Below are positions 12,601-24,775 of a stretch of DNA of 64,000 bases, piece by piece. Every line of letters begins with the position of its first letter. Position 1 is the first letter of the stretch. The DNA comes from Botryllus schlosseri (taxonomy: Eukaryota). Under the pieces are notes generated by a model. It was not told the origin of the DNA, did no database searches, and saw only the letters and a program-made list of their open reading frames with translations. Position numbers and translations under genes: made by a program. The stretch lies in contig CM119377.1 in assembly GCA_051294905.1 (NCBI GenBank), positions 28,892,001 to 28,956,000 of the forward strand, written 5' to 3'.

Positions 12601-14456
12601 CACTGGTTCTTAACTTTGCCTCCAGCGCCCCCCAAGGGGCGCTGGCGATTTTGAAGGGGGCGGACACGCTCAGGGGGCGATATAGGGGGGCGCTGGGCTC
12701 AGGGGGCGATATGGGGGCGCTGGAGATGATGTGGTAGTAGGACATATCCTTAATTAGTATTCAGAGCGAATTAACACCGAAAACTTCGTTATATATAGCC
12801 TACAAAAGACATATACGTTATATATAGCCTACAAAAGACATATAGATTTAATTGTCCATAGGCGCCTAAATGACTGGCACCGAATGTTCCTGTCTTGGCA
12901 ATCCGAACCCCAGAAAACGAATTCCATCTGGCGGGTAAACATTATATGGCAGTGAAGAAATACCAATTTGAAATCATGTGGGTCTTTTAGTTTAGTACGA
13001 TGGGGCGACAGGGATATATAGAACTAGATATCCCTGTTGGGCGATTCTATATTTTTTGATATAGCAGACAGGAGGTCACGAAATACTATCATGCAACGAA
13101 GTCATACCAACGAGTCCGCCCGCCCGAATATGTTCAATTATTAGTTATGGGCCATATGGTTTCCAAGACACCTCACAATGTTCCCTCTACGTTTTGACGA
13201 GTCTGCGCACACTCACCAACTCACTTAGCAAACCCTTGGACAACAAACCGTGCGTAACGACTGAAAAAAGGACATAACTCCCGGATTTGTTGTGCGCAAC
13301 GTAGATTTTCTGTGCGCAGAGACCGTGTCAGCACTGCGCACGTGCGCAGCTTAGAGGGAACATTGCACCTCACTCAGCTCTACCGGTAAATCTGGTAACG
13401 TGAGCAGAGAGGACAAGAAGTTGATAGCAATATATATGCAATTCCCGATCTTATTGACCGATTTTATCATGAATTATCGAACATTTTCGTGCTTCGTACT
13501 GGCTCGCTAAACAGTACAGCTGATTTCGTATCAAAAGCGAACAACGTGATGGGGGGCGGTCGGTTTATCACCCTATGGGAGCCCAAGACCCAAGTTTTTT
13601 TCGGGGGGCCTGACGAAGTGTCGTTTCGTTCCTGCCATCGGGTATACGCCCGAAGATGCATAATTATTATTGAGGGGTCTTACCTTTTCAATCACACATC
13701 ACTCAGCTCTACCGGTAAATCTGCTTACGTGAGCAGAGAGAGGATAAAAATTGATATCAATATAATATGCAATTCCCGATCATAGTGACCAATTCAATCA
13801 ATAATTTGTGAAATTTTTCGCGCTTCGCGCGTCTAAGTCAGAATAGCTGGCTCAGTAAATGGACACCCAATGTAGATGACCAGATCAGCAAATAGTGGAT
13901 AGCCGAAGCGGGGTCTTGGGGCGAAGCCACCCGGAAGTTTGGTTTATCACCCTATGGGGGGACCACGACCAACGTTTCTTGGGGGCTGACGAAGTGCTGT
14001 TACGGCCCTGGTAACGAATTAATTGTACCTACGTGCATGCCCGAATATGTTTAATTAGCAATTACGTGCCCTTTATTTTCCAATACAACAGCTCACTCAG
14101 CGCTACTGGTAAATCTGATGAGAGGATAAAAAGTTTATAGCGACATATATATGTAATTACCACCTATTCATTCATGCATTATAGAAAATTTTGGCACCTA
14201 GGGCGACCAGGCCACACAAAGTTTGCTGACCATCGAAATCACGCTACGGGGTTCTTGGGGGCGAAGCCCTCAGAAGTTTGCTTTATTACGCTATGGGTGC
14301 GCAAGGCAATCGTTTTTAGGGGGGTTGACGAAGTGCTGTTACGGCCCTCCCTCTTACTCATTGTCTTTATGACATTCCTTACAATATGAGGTTGGGGGGC
14401 GCTGGAGCGCGATAATCTTTGAAAGGGGGCGCTGGAGGAAAAGGTTAAGAACCACT
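12601..14456. mobile_element. Buster-type non-autonomous hAT element inserted in the 3' LTR
   Basis: TIR CA(C/G)TGGTTCTTAAC; perfect TSD TTCTAGGT; interior has three diverged tandem units of about 330-390 bp containing CTCACTCAGC(T/G)CTAC(C/T)GGTAAATCTG. Confidence 0.92.
13176..13365. mobile_element. Small MITE, CAATGTTCCCTCTA family
   Basis: 14-bp perfect TIR; flanked by 7-bp CACCTCA; reverse-orientation relative at 28363-28537. Confidence 0.88.
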
Positions 14457-15190
14457 GTTCTAGGTGTTGGTCGTGTGTTATCGTATTTGAACTGTTCTTA
14501 TACTGTTTATCTCATTTGTCGTCTGTTGCAGAATAAGTTTAATAAAGCCTATCTCTAGGTCAGAACATAGGGTTTCAGTGATGGAGTTATATCTTGAAAC
14601 TGAGACTGTATATAATATAGATAGTCAAATTTTAACGTATCAGTCTGTTTGGTCTTGTTTTTAGACAAATTTTGCTGATCAAGATAAATTTTGCTAATCA
14701 AGAAAGAACCTGTTGTGGTCTTGAAATTTATACCGGAACGTTGACATTAAAAATAACACAAGACAACTAGCTTACTGAGACAATTTTTGTTGCTTCACTT
14801 TTTTGATCTCGTTTCAAAGACAAATTTTACGACTAGTCTACTGCTCAACAGGCATCGCGGGCCCTGGTCTTAATAAGATAAGAACGCAAGACACAACTAG
14901 GCTCTTGAGACCATTTTTGATGGTTCAGTATTTTTGTCTCATTTTTACTCACCAATGTTCATAACCAACAGGTCATTTCCACCAACTTGTTAAAGAATTG
15001 GCATTGGAGGGAGAAGACATAATCATAAACTTTTTCCAAATGAACGAGGCGCAATACCAAGCTCTACTGCGACTGGTTGGATCAAGTATCACCAAACAAG
15101 CCACGTGTATGAGGGAACCCATTGGTCCTTCTAAGAGGCTTGCTGTGACTTTGAGGCGAACTTCAGTGTGCTTTTGTTGTACCTACTTAT

Positions 15191-15586
15191 CAGAGATGAG
15201 CATGGATTAGGATTAGGTTTTGAAAAAACAGGATTTGTGAAATTTTGTCGGATTTGGATTAGAAATTTTTTTCAGAGAGGATTTGGATTGGATTGACCTA
15301 TTTTCTGGGAGATTGCAATGTCTTGTGGCGAATAGCGACAAACTTTATTCAGATCAGTTATTAATGTACTTATGGTTACTATGTTATCTTGAATGAAGTG
15401 AATCGTTGGCTGTGAAAGAAAATTTTCGAATCCCTCCGTTGCATAAATTAGTATATTTTCTGAATTTCCAGTTGGAGTCGGATTAGGATTGGACATGGAC
15501 TTGAATATGAAAAAATTATGGATTAGGATTTGGATTTCAAGGTTCGGATTTGGATTGGATTAGGACATAGAATCCGCTCATCTCTG
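15191..15586. mobile_element. hAT MITE (CAGAGATGAGC family, GGATT-rich) in Harbinger intron 2
   Basis: TIR CAGAGATGAG/CTCATCTCTG; perfect TSD CTACTTAT. Confidence 0.95.
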
Positions 15587-17323
15587 CTACTTATCTCATT
15601 GAATTGATTGAAACGTAGCTGTTTTTGATAGATTTCTTGCTACCGGAAATGACTACCATTCCCTTGGCTATAGTTTCCGGATACACCGCACAACAATCTG
15701 TAAAATAGTCCCAGAAACATGTCAGGCCATATGGAATTGCCTTCAAACCTATCGTTTTACCTTCTACCTACATCTTCAAGATTCAAGGAGGTATCCATGC
15801 AATTTCAATCAAGGTGGAACTTCCCCAACTGCGTCGGCGCAATCGACGGAAAACATGTGGTAATAGAGGCTCCGCCAACTTCCGGCTCCAAGTACTTCAA
15901 CTATAAAATGACCTTCAGCATGTGTGGGTTTCAATCGGCTCTTATGGACGGAATGCTGATGCTGGGATATTTAGCCATTCCGACTTAGGAAAGCAAAATA
16001 ATAGACGGGACATTGGAATTACCTGCTGACCTGCCATTAGTACCTGGACTGTCCAGTATGCCACATGTTTTCGTTGCGGATGAGGCATTTCCGTTGTGCC
16101 GCAACTTGATGAGACCCTTCCCGGTAAAAAAAAGCTCACTAAGGTCCAAGAAAATTTTCAATTACCGCTTATCAAAAGCCAGACGGACAGTTGAACATGC
16201 TTTCGGAATCATGTCTAGTAAATTCCGCGTTTCGCAATAAACCGCTGTGCAGGAGTATATGGTTGTATTAAGTTCTCAGATTGTTCGGTTAATTACTTAT
16301 AGTCTAACGTTGAATACTACAATGACAAAGGCCTCTGACAAATCATCTGGATCTTCTGTCGGACATGGAAACAAACAAAAGCTCGCCAACGATTCTAATG
16401 TGACTACCGGTACCCGTCAACAAAGTCCTCTGACAAACCATCTGGGTCTTCTGTTGAACATGGAAGCAAACAAAAGCTTGTCAACAATTCTGTTCTGACT
16501 ACCGGTACCCTCCAACAAAGTGTACTGGAGCAAATTCGTACAGAGCTCCCAACCATTATTAGGAACTGTCTTGAAGAAGTTTGTGAAGGAGGAAAATTTC
16601 AATTATACGATCCTAATCTACAAAAATGACTGCTCGAAGTCAATTCTTCCATCAAAGACCTGAAATCTGAACTAGAAGAAATTAAAAAAGTCAGAACTTT
16701 ATTACTGACAAATTTGATGAATTTGAAAAGCAAATTGAAATAAACTTATCAACATTGAAAGAAAATAAAAAGGATCAGGAAACTATGATACAGAGTCAAT
16801 CTGCAGTAATTGAAAAACTCGCCGATAAAGTGGAAGAAATGGATCGCTGCTACAGAATGGATATCCTGGAATTTCATGTAATTCCAGCAACTCATCAAGC
16901 GGATACCGACTCTTTGATTAAAGAAGTTATATCCAGATTAAATATTGCCTTGGGCGAATCCCATATTTCGTATTCACACCGAAAATTTCATGCTGATGAG
17001 ACTGCATCTAAGCCCGCACCAGTAATAGTCAAGTTTTCCTCCAGAAAAATGATTCCGGCAGAGATGAGCATGGATTAGGATTAGGTTTTGATAAAACAGG
17101 ATTTGTGAAATTTTGTCGGATTTGGATTGGATTACGATTAGAGATTTCTTTCTGAACGGATTAGGATTGGATTTACCGATTTTCTGGAAGATTGATATGT
17201 CGTGTGGCGAATGGCGACAAACTTTATTCAGATCAGTAATTGATGTACTTATAGTACACTACACTATGGTTCACTCGGTGCAAATGAAAATGAGAGGTGC
17301 AGACCTATGCTAAGTTATCTTAA

Positions 17324-19855
17324 AGGTCAACTGCATCTTCAAAATGACTTCACCTTATTTCGTACATTATGTGGTTAGGAATATGAATAGAATAATGAAA
17401 ATTGAAATTACCTGATAGTTTTCAAGTAATTTGAATTACAAATCGAAATTCCGGAAAACGGAAACGAAATCACCCAGCCGTGAAATGACGTCAAGTAGTT
17501 GACACAACAAAAGTCCTTGTTATTTCTGTTGGCTGTTAGGTGGGATTATTGCTTAGATTTGCTGTGGATTTGGGTCTTTGAGTGGGATCATGAAAGCTGT
17601 GAAGGAGATAATTCATAGAGTCAGATGTTATGTCACGTATGGTTGGTCCAATACGCAATATGCCGTACCTACAATGCATTGACATCGCTGCCAAAACCCA
17701 TCCATATACCGACAGGCGACCGGACGCCATTAAGACCAAAAGTGCGGACTTATAGACAACCAAAGGCAGAGTCATTTTCAAATGCGAATCACTAACAAGT
17801 ATCTTGCTTCAATGAAGTATCCGAGATACGCAACACGCAAGAAAACTGACTACTGAACACGGGCAACTCTTGCCGACGTACTGCAGTAGTGCCGTTCATA
17901 TTTTATTTCCACGCACCAGTGAAATTGTGGTAATGTCAGAGGAACGCACTTCTAAAGCTATACAAAGTGTCCGAAATCGGTAAGTGAAAATGTACTGTGT
18001 CAGCTATAGTTTTGTAAGAGTGTAACTAACCGCTTATAGTAGTATTGACTGTGGTATGGTAGTCATCGAAGTATTATTATTGTTTACACTCACGTGCATG
18101 TGCAAATAACTGAAATATGTATGCCTTGAAAAACTTGTAAGTAGAAGTGTACATAGTCTGAAATAAAAACACTTGAAAATCAATTAAGAAAAAAAGATCT
18201 ATAAATGCATTAGTTACTATAAAGGGAGTTCATAACCTGCTGACTTCATGACGTATAATGGTTATATATCGCTGACCTCCTATTAATGGAAGAGTTGCTA
18301 TTACTTTTGAAAATACACTTCTTTTTGTGTACGGTACATGTGCGGTCATGTAATCATATTAGTTACTTTAGTTATTGAATGAGGAGTGTCAGATATCTGT
18401 GACTGAGCCTATCAATATTGACCGCTCAGTAAGAGATGAAAACTTATCACTATCATCATAATAGTCGTAAAGTTAGGTAGGATGCAGTTGGCAATCCTTC
18501 ATTTTTATGATACTTCCGAACAGCATTTGATATAGGTCTACTGCCTTCGATTCGACTTTGTTATAAAACTCAGTGATATTTTTACTCCTGCTCTAGATTC
18601 CTGCAATGATGAAGTTGACGCATTCATTAAAGCAAGACCAGAAACGGCCGAGTCGACCAAGTCTATTGTGATGATTCATCCTCATTCGACAAACGGCATC
18701 GTCAAAATTAGTTGAAAGAAGCTATTGCTGGACACAAAACTCTATATTTCTCTCCCTGACACAGTAGTACTGTTGATGGATTGGTTATGTTGCATTTATT
18801 ATTTTCAATACAACTATTCCATCACGAAGCATTGTAAAATTGAAATCCTTTGAAAGTACTGGATTTGATCGGATGCGCGGACAGGATTTTTCGTTGGCTT
18901 TTGTTGCAGAATCCCAGTGGCCAGCCAACAAAATTTCCGTGTACAGTTTTTCTCAGCTTCCTGAAAAGCGTAATTGTTGTGTTACTGACGGGTAATTATT
19001 TGGCACCCGACTCAAAATTTTATGTGAATGAGACTCATTCGCTCATGCATCAAACTGGATGTTATAATTATATGACAATATTCCTGTTGATATCTATAGC
19101 GAGACAATCTCCAATACATACTCTTGATTGAAATCCTGATAATGCTGTGATGCACTAATAATTCATTCGTTGCTCGAGGGACCTGTTTGCAGCACTTCAA
19201 CTCTCCCCTGATAGTTTGCATAAGTTGGCAACCTCCATCCTCTCAACTGTAATTGATAATACCAAGATTAATAACTGAAGGAGGTTCTCCACCACATTAC
19301 ACATACCGGTGTATTTCATTTGGTCTAGACAAGCGGCTTAAGCTGAACAAGCTAGGCTGATCATACTATATATCACTAACATCCTTAGGTTATAGTCATC
19401 AATAATCATACTCAAACGACCCCTCGTTTTCGGAGCAGCAAGAAGTTCCACTGATATGGGATCGAGCACATCAACACTTGAAACGTGTCCTCGTTTCAAC
19501 ATTACTTTCGTAAGTGAGAGGAAAAAGCATACTTACATTCGACATCTGAATACTCGGACTCGCCTGGTGAATCCATTACAAGCGAAACCTCCGCCATAAC
19601 TAACTAAAATAAGCGCCCTGCTACTGCAAGACCGCCAACCCTATAGCATACATCTGCAGCGGCCATAAGAGATGTCAACTACATGACGTCACAATGAACA
19701 TTCCGCTTTTTCTGTAAACATACCAATATTGGGACTTTCGGACCAAATTACGGCAATTTCCGATTAGTTTGAAATACGGAAAGTCGGCCATTTCGGTATG
19801 AAAAAAAATTCTGAACATGATTCCGCAAAGTTGTCTATGAAGATGCAGTTGACCT
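17324..19855. mobile_element. Kolobok-superfamily DNA transposon (decayed)
   Basis: 18-bp perfect TIR AGGTCAACTGCATCTTCA; TTAA on both sides; 5'-AG terminus. Confidence 0.85.
18860..19597 (-). pseudogene. Kolobok accessory (KolX / P2X7-ballast-like) gene remnant
   Basis: ATG at 19597 (MAEVSLVMDSPGESEYSDVE) followed by a GTAAGT donor; downstream remnants GCQLMQTIRGELKCCKQV and KLRKTVHGNFVGWPLGFCNKSQRKIL. Confidence 0.55.
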
Positions 19856-22273
19856 TTAAGTCAAGAGAATCGTTGGTTGTGAAAGTGAATTTTCCAATCC
19901 CTCCCTTGCATAAATTAGCATTTTTTCTGAATTTCAAGTTGGAATCGGATTAGGATTGAACATGGACTATAAAATGAAAAAGTTATGGATTAGGTTTTGG
20001 ATATGGATTTGAAGTTTCGGATTTGGATTGGATTAGGACATAGAAATTCCAAATCCGCTCATCTCTGGATTCCGGACATGGACAAAGTCTTCATTATTGA
20101 AAACCCGACTGAAAATAACCGCAATCTCTTCTTTGCGGCCAGGAAATTGAAAAGGGATCATGGCTACTCATACCTCTGGACAAAGTTTGGAAGAGTTTTG
20201 GTACGGAAGAATGATAAAGCATCGATTCTTTAAGTATCCAATGAAAGTGACTTACAGAAGATCAAGTGACTTGAGTGTCACAATTGTCCCATATTATGAA
20301 GAAAAAACTCTTTGATGCCCTCTTCATCATCACATGATACGGTAATTGCAAATCATCATGATAACCGAATGTTAGACATTTCCAAATTTAACTTTAGCAA
20401 TGTATTTGAATGATACTCCTCAGACCTTGAGAACATTGCACATAAACTGGATAGCATAGCGCACCGTGAAAAAGTTACTTTAATCCACCTCGATCTTAGA
20501 TCTCTAGCTAGTCATATTGATGATCTTAGTGACATGATTGTTAGCCTACATAATGCACCCTCTATTATAGGAATATCCCAAACTAAACTACGCAACACAG
20601 ATGCTCCCGATCTTAATCTAGGTGGTTTCGACTTCTTTCATTCACCATCCCCACAAATGCTGGTGGTGTTGGCCTTTGGCCTTTACATAATATCGATTTA
20701 GTAGGTGTTATCTATAGACATCCTAGTCACTCATTCTCAGATTTCTCTACGGAAGTGAATCGCACATTAACACTACTAAATTCTCATCATCCTCGGTATT
20801 TGCTTACTCTCTACTACAACGGCGACGCTTGACCATCTGAATATTTTGAACTCTCACGGTACAGCTCCTCTTATCACTTTACCAACTCGAGTAACACATC
20901 ATTTTGCAACACTACTTGATCACATTTACACCAACTTGACGGTGTGTCCTATTCATCCTTGTGTCATCCATAATGATCTTACAGATCATTATCCAGTTTT
21001 AGCTGATGTTGTTACTAAATCACCACCATCTCAAAGTAGTTATATTTATAAAAGACTGCCTACAATGGAGTCTTAAGAATTCGTTATTAGCTGAATCATT
21101 CGAGCATTTTCCTGGAAATGATCTTCAGCCGCTCACCAAAGAAAATCTTGATGCTAAGTTTAAAAGTTTTCTGTCTCAGAGATCACTGACCTCGTCAATA
21201 AACACATTCCTATCCAGCGCCTTACACGTAAACAACGCAAGTTATATCTCAATCCTTGGATTACACCAGGAATTCTGCGCTCTATTAGGAAAAGAAATAA
21301 ACTTCATCGTATATGGATTACAAATGGTTCAGATATGGATCGAATCAAGTATAAAACATATGCTAATAAATTAAATCAGATCAGATTCAAGGCAAAAAAA
21401 TCATACTTTTACAAATATTTCAATCAACATAGTGCTAACCAAACACAAATGTGGCGTGGAATTAAGAATCTGATCACTCCTTCCTCACAAAAATCAACCA
21501 AACCATCCAAACTTATTGATGAAAACGGACTGGCGATTTCTGACCCTGCATCAATAGCGTGCACCTTCAACAAGTATTTTACATCCATTGGTCCTTCCCA
21601 TAACAGATGTATCCCTCCTTCATTCCAGAGCAATGCCAACAGCATGTTCAATGTTAAAATGTTGCCAGCAAATGAACACGAAATTTATGAAATTATTAGA
21701 AATATGAAGGGTGGGAAGGCCGAGGGTTATGATAAGTTACCAGTTGAACTGGTCAAAGTAATAACACCAGCAATTACACCATACATTTGCCATTTCTTCA
21801 ATCAGTGTGTAGAAAATGGAATATTCCCTAACGCACTTAAAATAGCAAGGGTGGTGCCAGTTTATAAAAGCGGGAACAAAAGCGACATGTCTAACTATAG
21901 GCCTATATCCATTTTATCCTGCATGACTATAGTGTTAAAGTACTTTGAACCTCTACTAGATCCAAACCAATTTGGCTTCCGTTCCAACTGCAATACTAAC
22001 CAAGCAGTACTCGACCTTCTGCTTCAATATTATTCAGCAATAGTTGAATATGTCAATCGCGTACTCTGATTCATTAATCGCATGTCATTATAATCCATTT
22101 TCTGTCTTATTTGCTATATGCTACTGTTTGAAATTTTGAACTTGCTCGAAACTTTCACTAAAATAATGCTGCACGTGATCTGCATTTTTCAATACTGTTT
22201 GAAAATTAGAACCTGCGCCAAACATTCGCTAAAATAATGATGCACAATGTCTGCATTTTTCAATACAAGTTTA

Positions 22274-23025
22274 TTACTGAATAGCATGGTCATGCTGTTC
22301 ATTGAACAAAGGTAAAAGTATTTGGTGCACAATCATCTCAAATTGAAGAAGAACAGGTTGCGGCAAATTGATTGCTCTTTTCATTAAGCCCCAATGAACT
22401 GGTGCTTTTTCAGCTACCATATTTTGAGGGGCAGCTGGGGGACGAGGTGCAGACGTATCTGACTCGATAGTATTCATTGCTTTCTGGAGTTCACTGATGT
22501 TATTTTATTGTCCAACACAGTAGATGACCTTTTTCGATTTCTTGGAGTTTCCAGGTTGCTGATAGTTTACAACTCTCTTGGAGTTCGTAAATCATGTGGA
22601 GCCGTCTACGAATCTCCTAGTATCAAATTTAAAATGTGAAAATCTTCGTTAGAACTTGGATCCAAACTTTGAATATCAGAGGTATCTAAATTGTTTGTAT
22701 CATCGGTGTTAATCATCGTATTTTTGCGATCCAGAAATGGATCCGGAAATTTCATGGTTTCATCGTATTCCCATATCGGCGAGGTACTCGCTCCTGCACC
22801 AGATGTATAGCTGTCATTCATTTTATTCCTCATTTTCCTGTACTTGTCCCTCAAGTGTTTCCATTGACTTTTCACATCTCGAATTTGCATTGGAATTGAA
22901 AGTGAATTGGTAACTGCGCTCCATGCGCTGTCCTTTACAATCTTGCTATGGTATTTACCGTCGCCAGGGTCGTAAAGGCAAGGATATTGCCGAACACTAT
23001 TAATTATTTCTTCGTAACAGTTCAT
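22274..23025 (-). pseudogene. MADF (Myb/SANT-like) DNA-binding protein, probable Harbinger ORF2
   Basis: IINSVRQYPCLYD...KDSAWSAV...KSQWKHLRDKY...TSGAGA...WEYDETMKF; a BESS-like tail lies in another frame; convergent with the Harbinger transposase. Confidence 0.8.
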
Positions 23026-23084
23026 TCTCGTCAGTACGTGAGTGCAATCGGAGAAAAATACACGCCAGTAGTATAGTAAATCGG

Positions 23085-23567
23085 TCGTGGGGTGCTTGTG
23101 GGCCCTCTGGTGATGTGCCGTGAAACTCGTGTTGGTGATGGTACCCTTTAGACCCCCTCTCGTTAGCATGCTAACATGGGTTCTTATGGGTGCGGTGATG
23201 ATGGTACCCTTCCAGGTATAGGGTGCGGCGATGATGTGCCGTGAAAACTCGTGGTGGTGAGTCGTACTTTCAGGTATAGGCTGCGGCGATGATGTTGTGC
23301 CTGTTATGTATTCTTACGGGGTCTCTGGTGATTCGCCATGTGTTCTTATGGGTGCGGTCGTGAATCGTCCTTTCGGGTATAGGCATCTCTCGCACGGTGT
23401 AGATCAGGTATGGTAAATAGTCACGTGGCTGGTCCTTAGTTATTGTGTGTACCCCAAATTGTTGTACATGACCGATTCGAGTTAATCCTAACGTTTACGG
23501 AGATTGCGACTTTAATATATCGTTATTCTTATGGGCGCGGCGATGATTCGTACTTTCGGGCATAGAC
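23085..23567. repeat. Degenerate GC-rich minisatellite upstream of the MADF gene
   Basis: Recurring TTCTTATGGGTGCGG, GATGATG and TACTTTC(A/G)GGTATAGG motifs; continues for a few bases after 24775. Confidence 0.6.
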
Positions 23568-24775
23568 TAGGGTTAGATTATCCGGATACCGGTTAACCGC
23601 AGGTTTCTCATCATCTGATATCCGGATGTAGTTCTGCCGGTTAACCGGATAAAATAGTAACGTTGATAATGCGTTTTACACTTTGCAGTAAGCTTGAATA
23701 AGTCGTATTATTAGTGTTGCGCGCGGTCAATTAGAGAAAAGCGTGCTACCAGTTAGCGATATACGTCTGTGCACACTGCACAATTTAACGCGACGCAATC
23801 TCCTTCTGAGAAGATCGCCAAATTAGGTCATTGATTGCCGCGAGAGCAGCTGTCGTTGCTGGCCTGATTTATCGAGTCTTCAACAAGCCTACAGTTCCAC
23901 TGATAGAATCGCATCTGCAATAGATCCTGTGGACACTATACCATCACATGGCCTGCACAATTGCATCTGCATTGGCTTTGTGCTCACGATATTATCGCTG
24001 GCCTACACAATCGCATCTGCAATGTAATAGGCATGGCACGATCATCGCTGGCGTAACAACCGCGCCTCGGGCCTGACATGCGTTGGCTCCTATCTATTGG
24101 TGGCTTGGAGCGATTGTGATTATTGAGTGACATCGCGAAACTGAATGACATCGAATGTACCCATTTCGCAAACATGTTCGTGCGTGCAAGCGTACTTGAT
24201 TTCCGCTGAGACTCAATTCGAAAAAAATCGTAACCCCCTCATATTATTCAAAACACCCCCTTATTTTTCGGCTGGCTGCGTGCCTGATCACGTGAATTTC
24301 TCAAGAAGGAATTAGAACGAGCTATCATGTCGGCATAAATTCCAGTATCGGCTACTCGTCCTTCCAGTACTGGAAACCTAAACAGATGAATGGGCAGAAA
24401 GGAAGCACTGCTTACTATATTCAGCCCATTTTGTGGTAGCAGAAAGAGCATTCAATACATGTGGACTCTTTGTTACAAAACTCGGGTCCGGCTACAAGAG
24501 GCCACAATTGATGCAGTGTGCTTTATAAGGCGGGCGTTGCAGAAGCAGTGAACATTAAATTTGCGTGATTTTTCCCGTATTCGCTCGTACTGCGCGTGTA
24601 CGGATAAATCTACAATAACACTGTGTAATGATTTTGCGATCCATTTTTCATACCTCGTGAAACCGATTTTCTCACTTAGCAGTTATTATCCGGTTAACCG
24701 GTTAGCTAAATTCCAAATATACGGATATATCCGTTATCCGGATAGTGAGAATTATTGGTATCCGAACTAACCCTA
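23568..24775 (+). mobile_element. Internally deleted hAT element
   Basis: TIR TAGGGTTAG/CTAACCCTA; TSD G(C/T)ATAGAC; hAT dimerisation-domain remnant AERAFNTCGLFVTK...RLQEATIDAVCFIR at about 24420-24530. Confidence 0.88.

Larger units (their letters stand above)
8253..14567 (+). mobile_element. Full-length Ty3/gypsy LTR retrotransposon (decayed)
   Basis: TG...CA LTRs of about 205 bp (8253-8457; 12488-14567, interrupted); 5-bp TSD TAGGG; PPT GGGGGGAGAA at about 12478; domain order gag-PR-RT-RH-IN. Confidence 0.97.
8025..16240 (+). pseudogene. PIF/Harbinger transposase, 3 exons (8025-8174, 14972-15155, 15632-about 16240)
   Basis: Spliced product reads KRSKWVRQLYLLGKSK|GHFHQLVKELA...MREPIGPSKRLAVTLR|FLATG...WNFPNCVGAIDGKH...VADEAFPL...FNYRLSKARRTVEHAFG. 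Intron 1 is GT-AG, intron 2 GC-AG. There are frameshifts and an internal deletion. Probable left TIR at 7807, after TAA. Confidence 0.9.
17059..20067. mobile_element. CAGAGATGAGC-family hAT MITE in LINE ORF1, expanded by a nested Kolobok
   Basis: Perfect TSD GATTCCGG; both halves align colinearly with the 15191-15586 copy. Confidence 0.93.
16240..22069 (+). mobile_element. Degenerate CR1/L2-group LINE (ORF1 plus 3'-truncated EN/RT)
   Basis: ORF1 has a coiled coil, PAPVIVKF and LWTKFGRVLVRK. EN has HLDLRSL and IIGISQTK. RT has KIARVVPVYKSG...NYRPISIL and NQFGFR. Stops before the YADD motif. Confidence 0.88.

Noticed and set aside
14576-14957. Possible MITE in Harbinger intron 1
   Set aside because: Repeat-like (GAGAC/GTCTT motifs), but no convincing TIR pair or TSD found.
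22606-23169. Host MADF transcription factor
   Set aside because: Frameshifted, surrounded by TE debris and convergent with a Harbinger transposase; better explained as Harbinger ORF2, though domestication is not formally excluded.
23085-23567. CRISPR-like repeat-spacer array
   Set aside because: Repeats are degenerate and irregular, with no unique constant-length spacers or cas genes, and the context is eukaryotic with spliceosomal introns.
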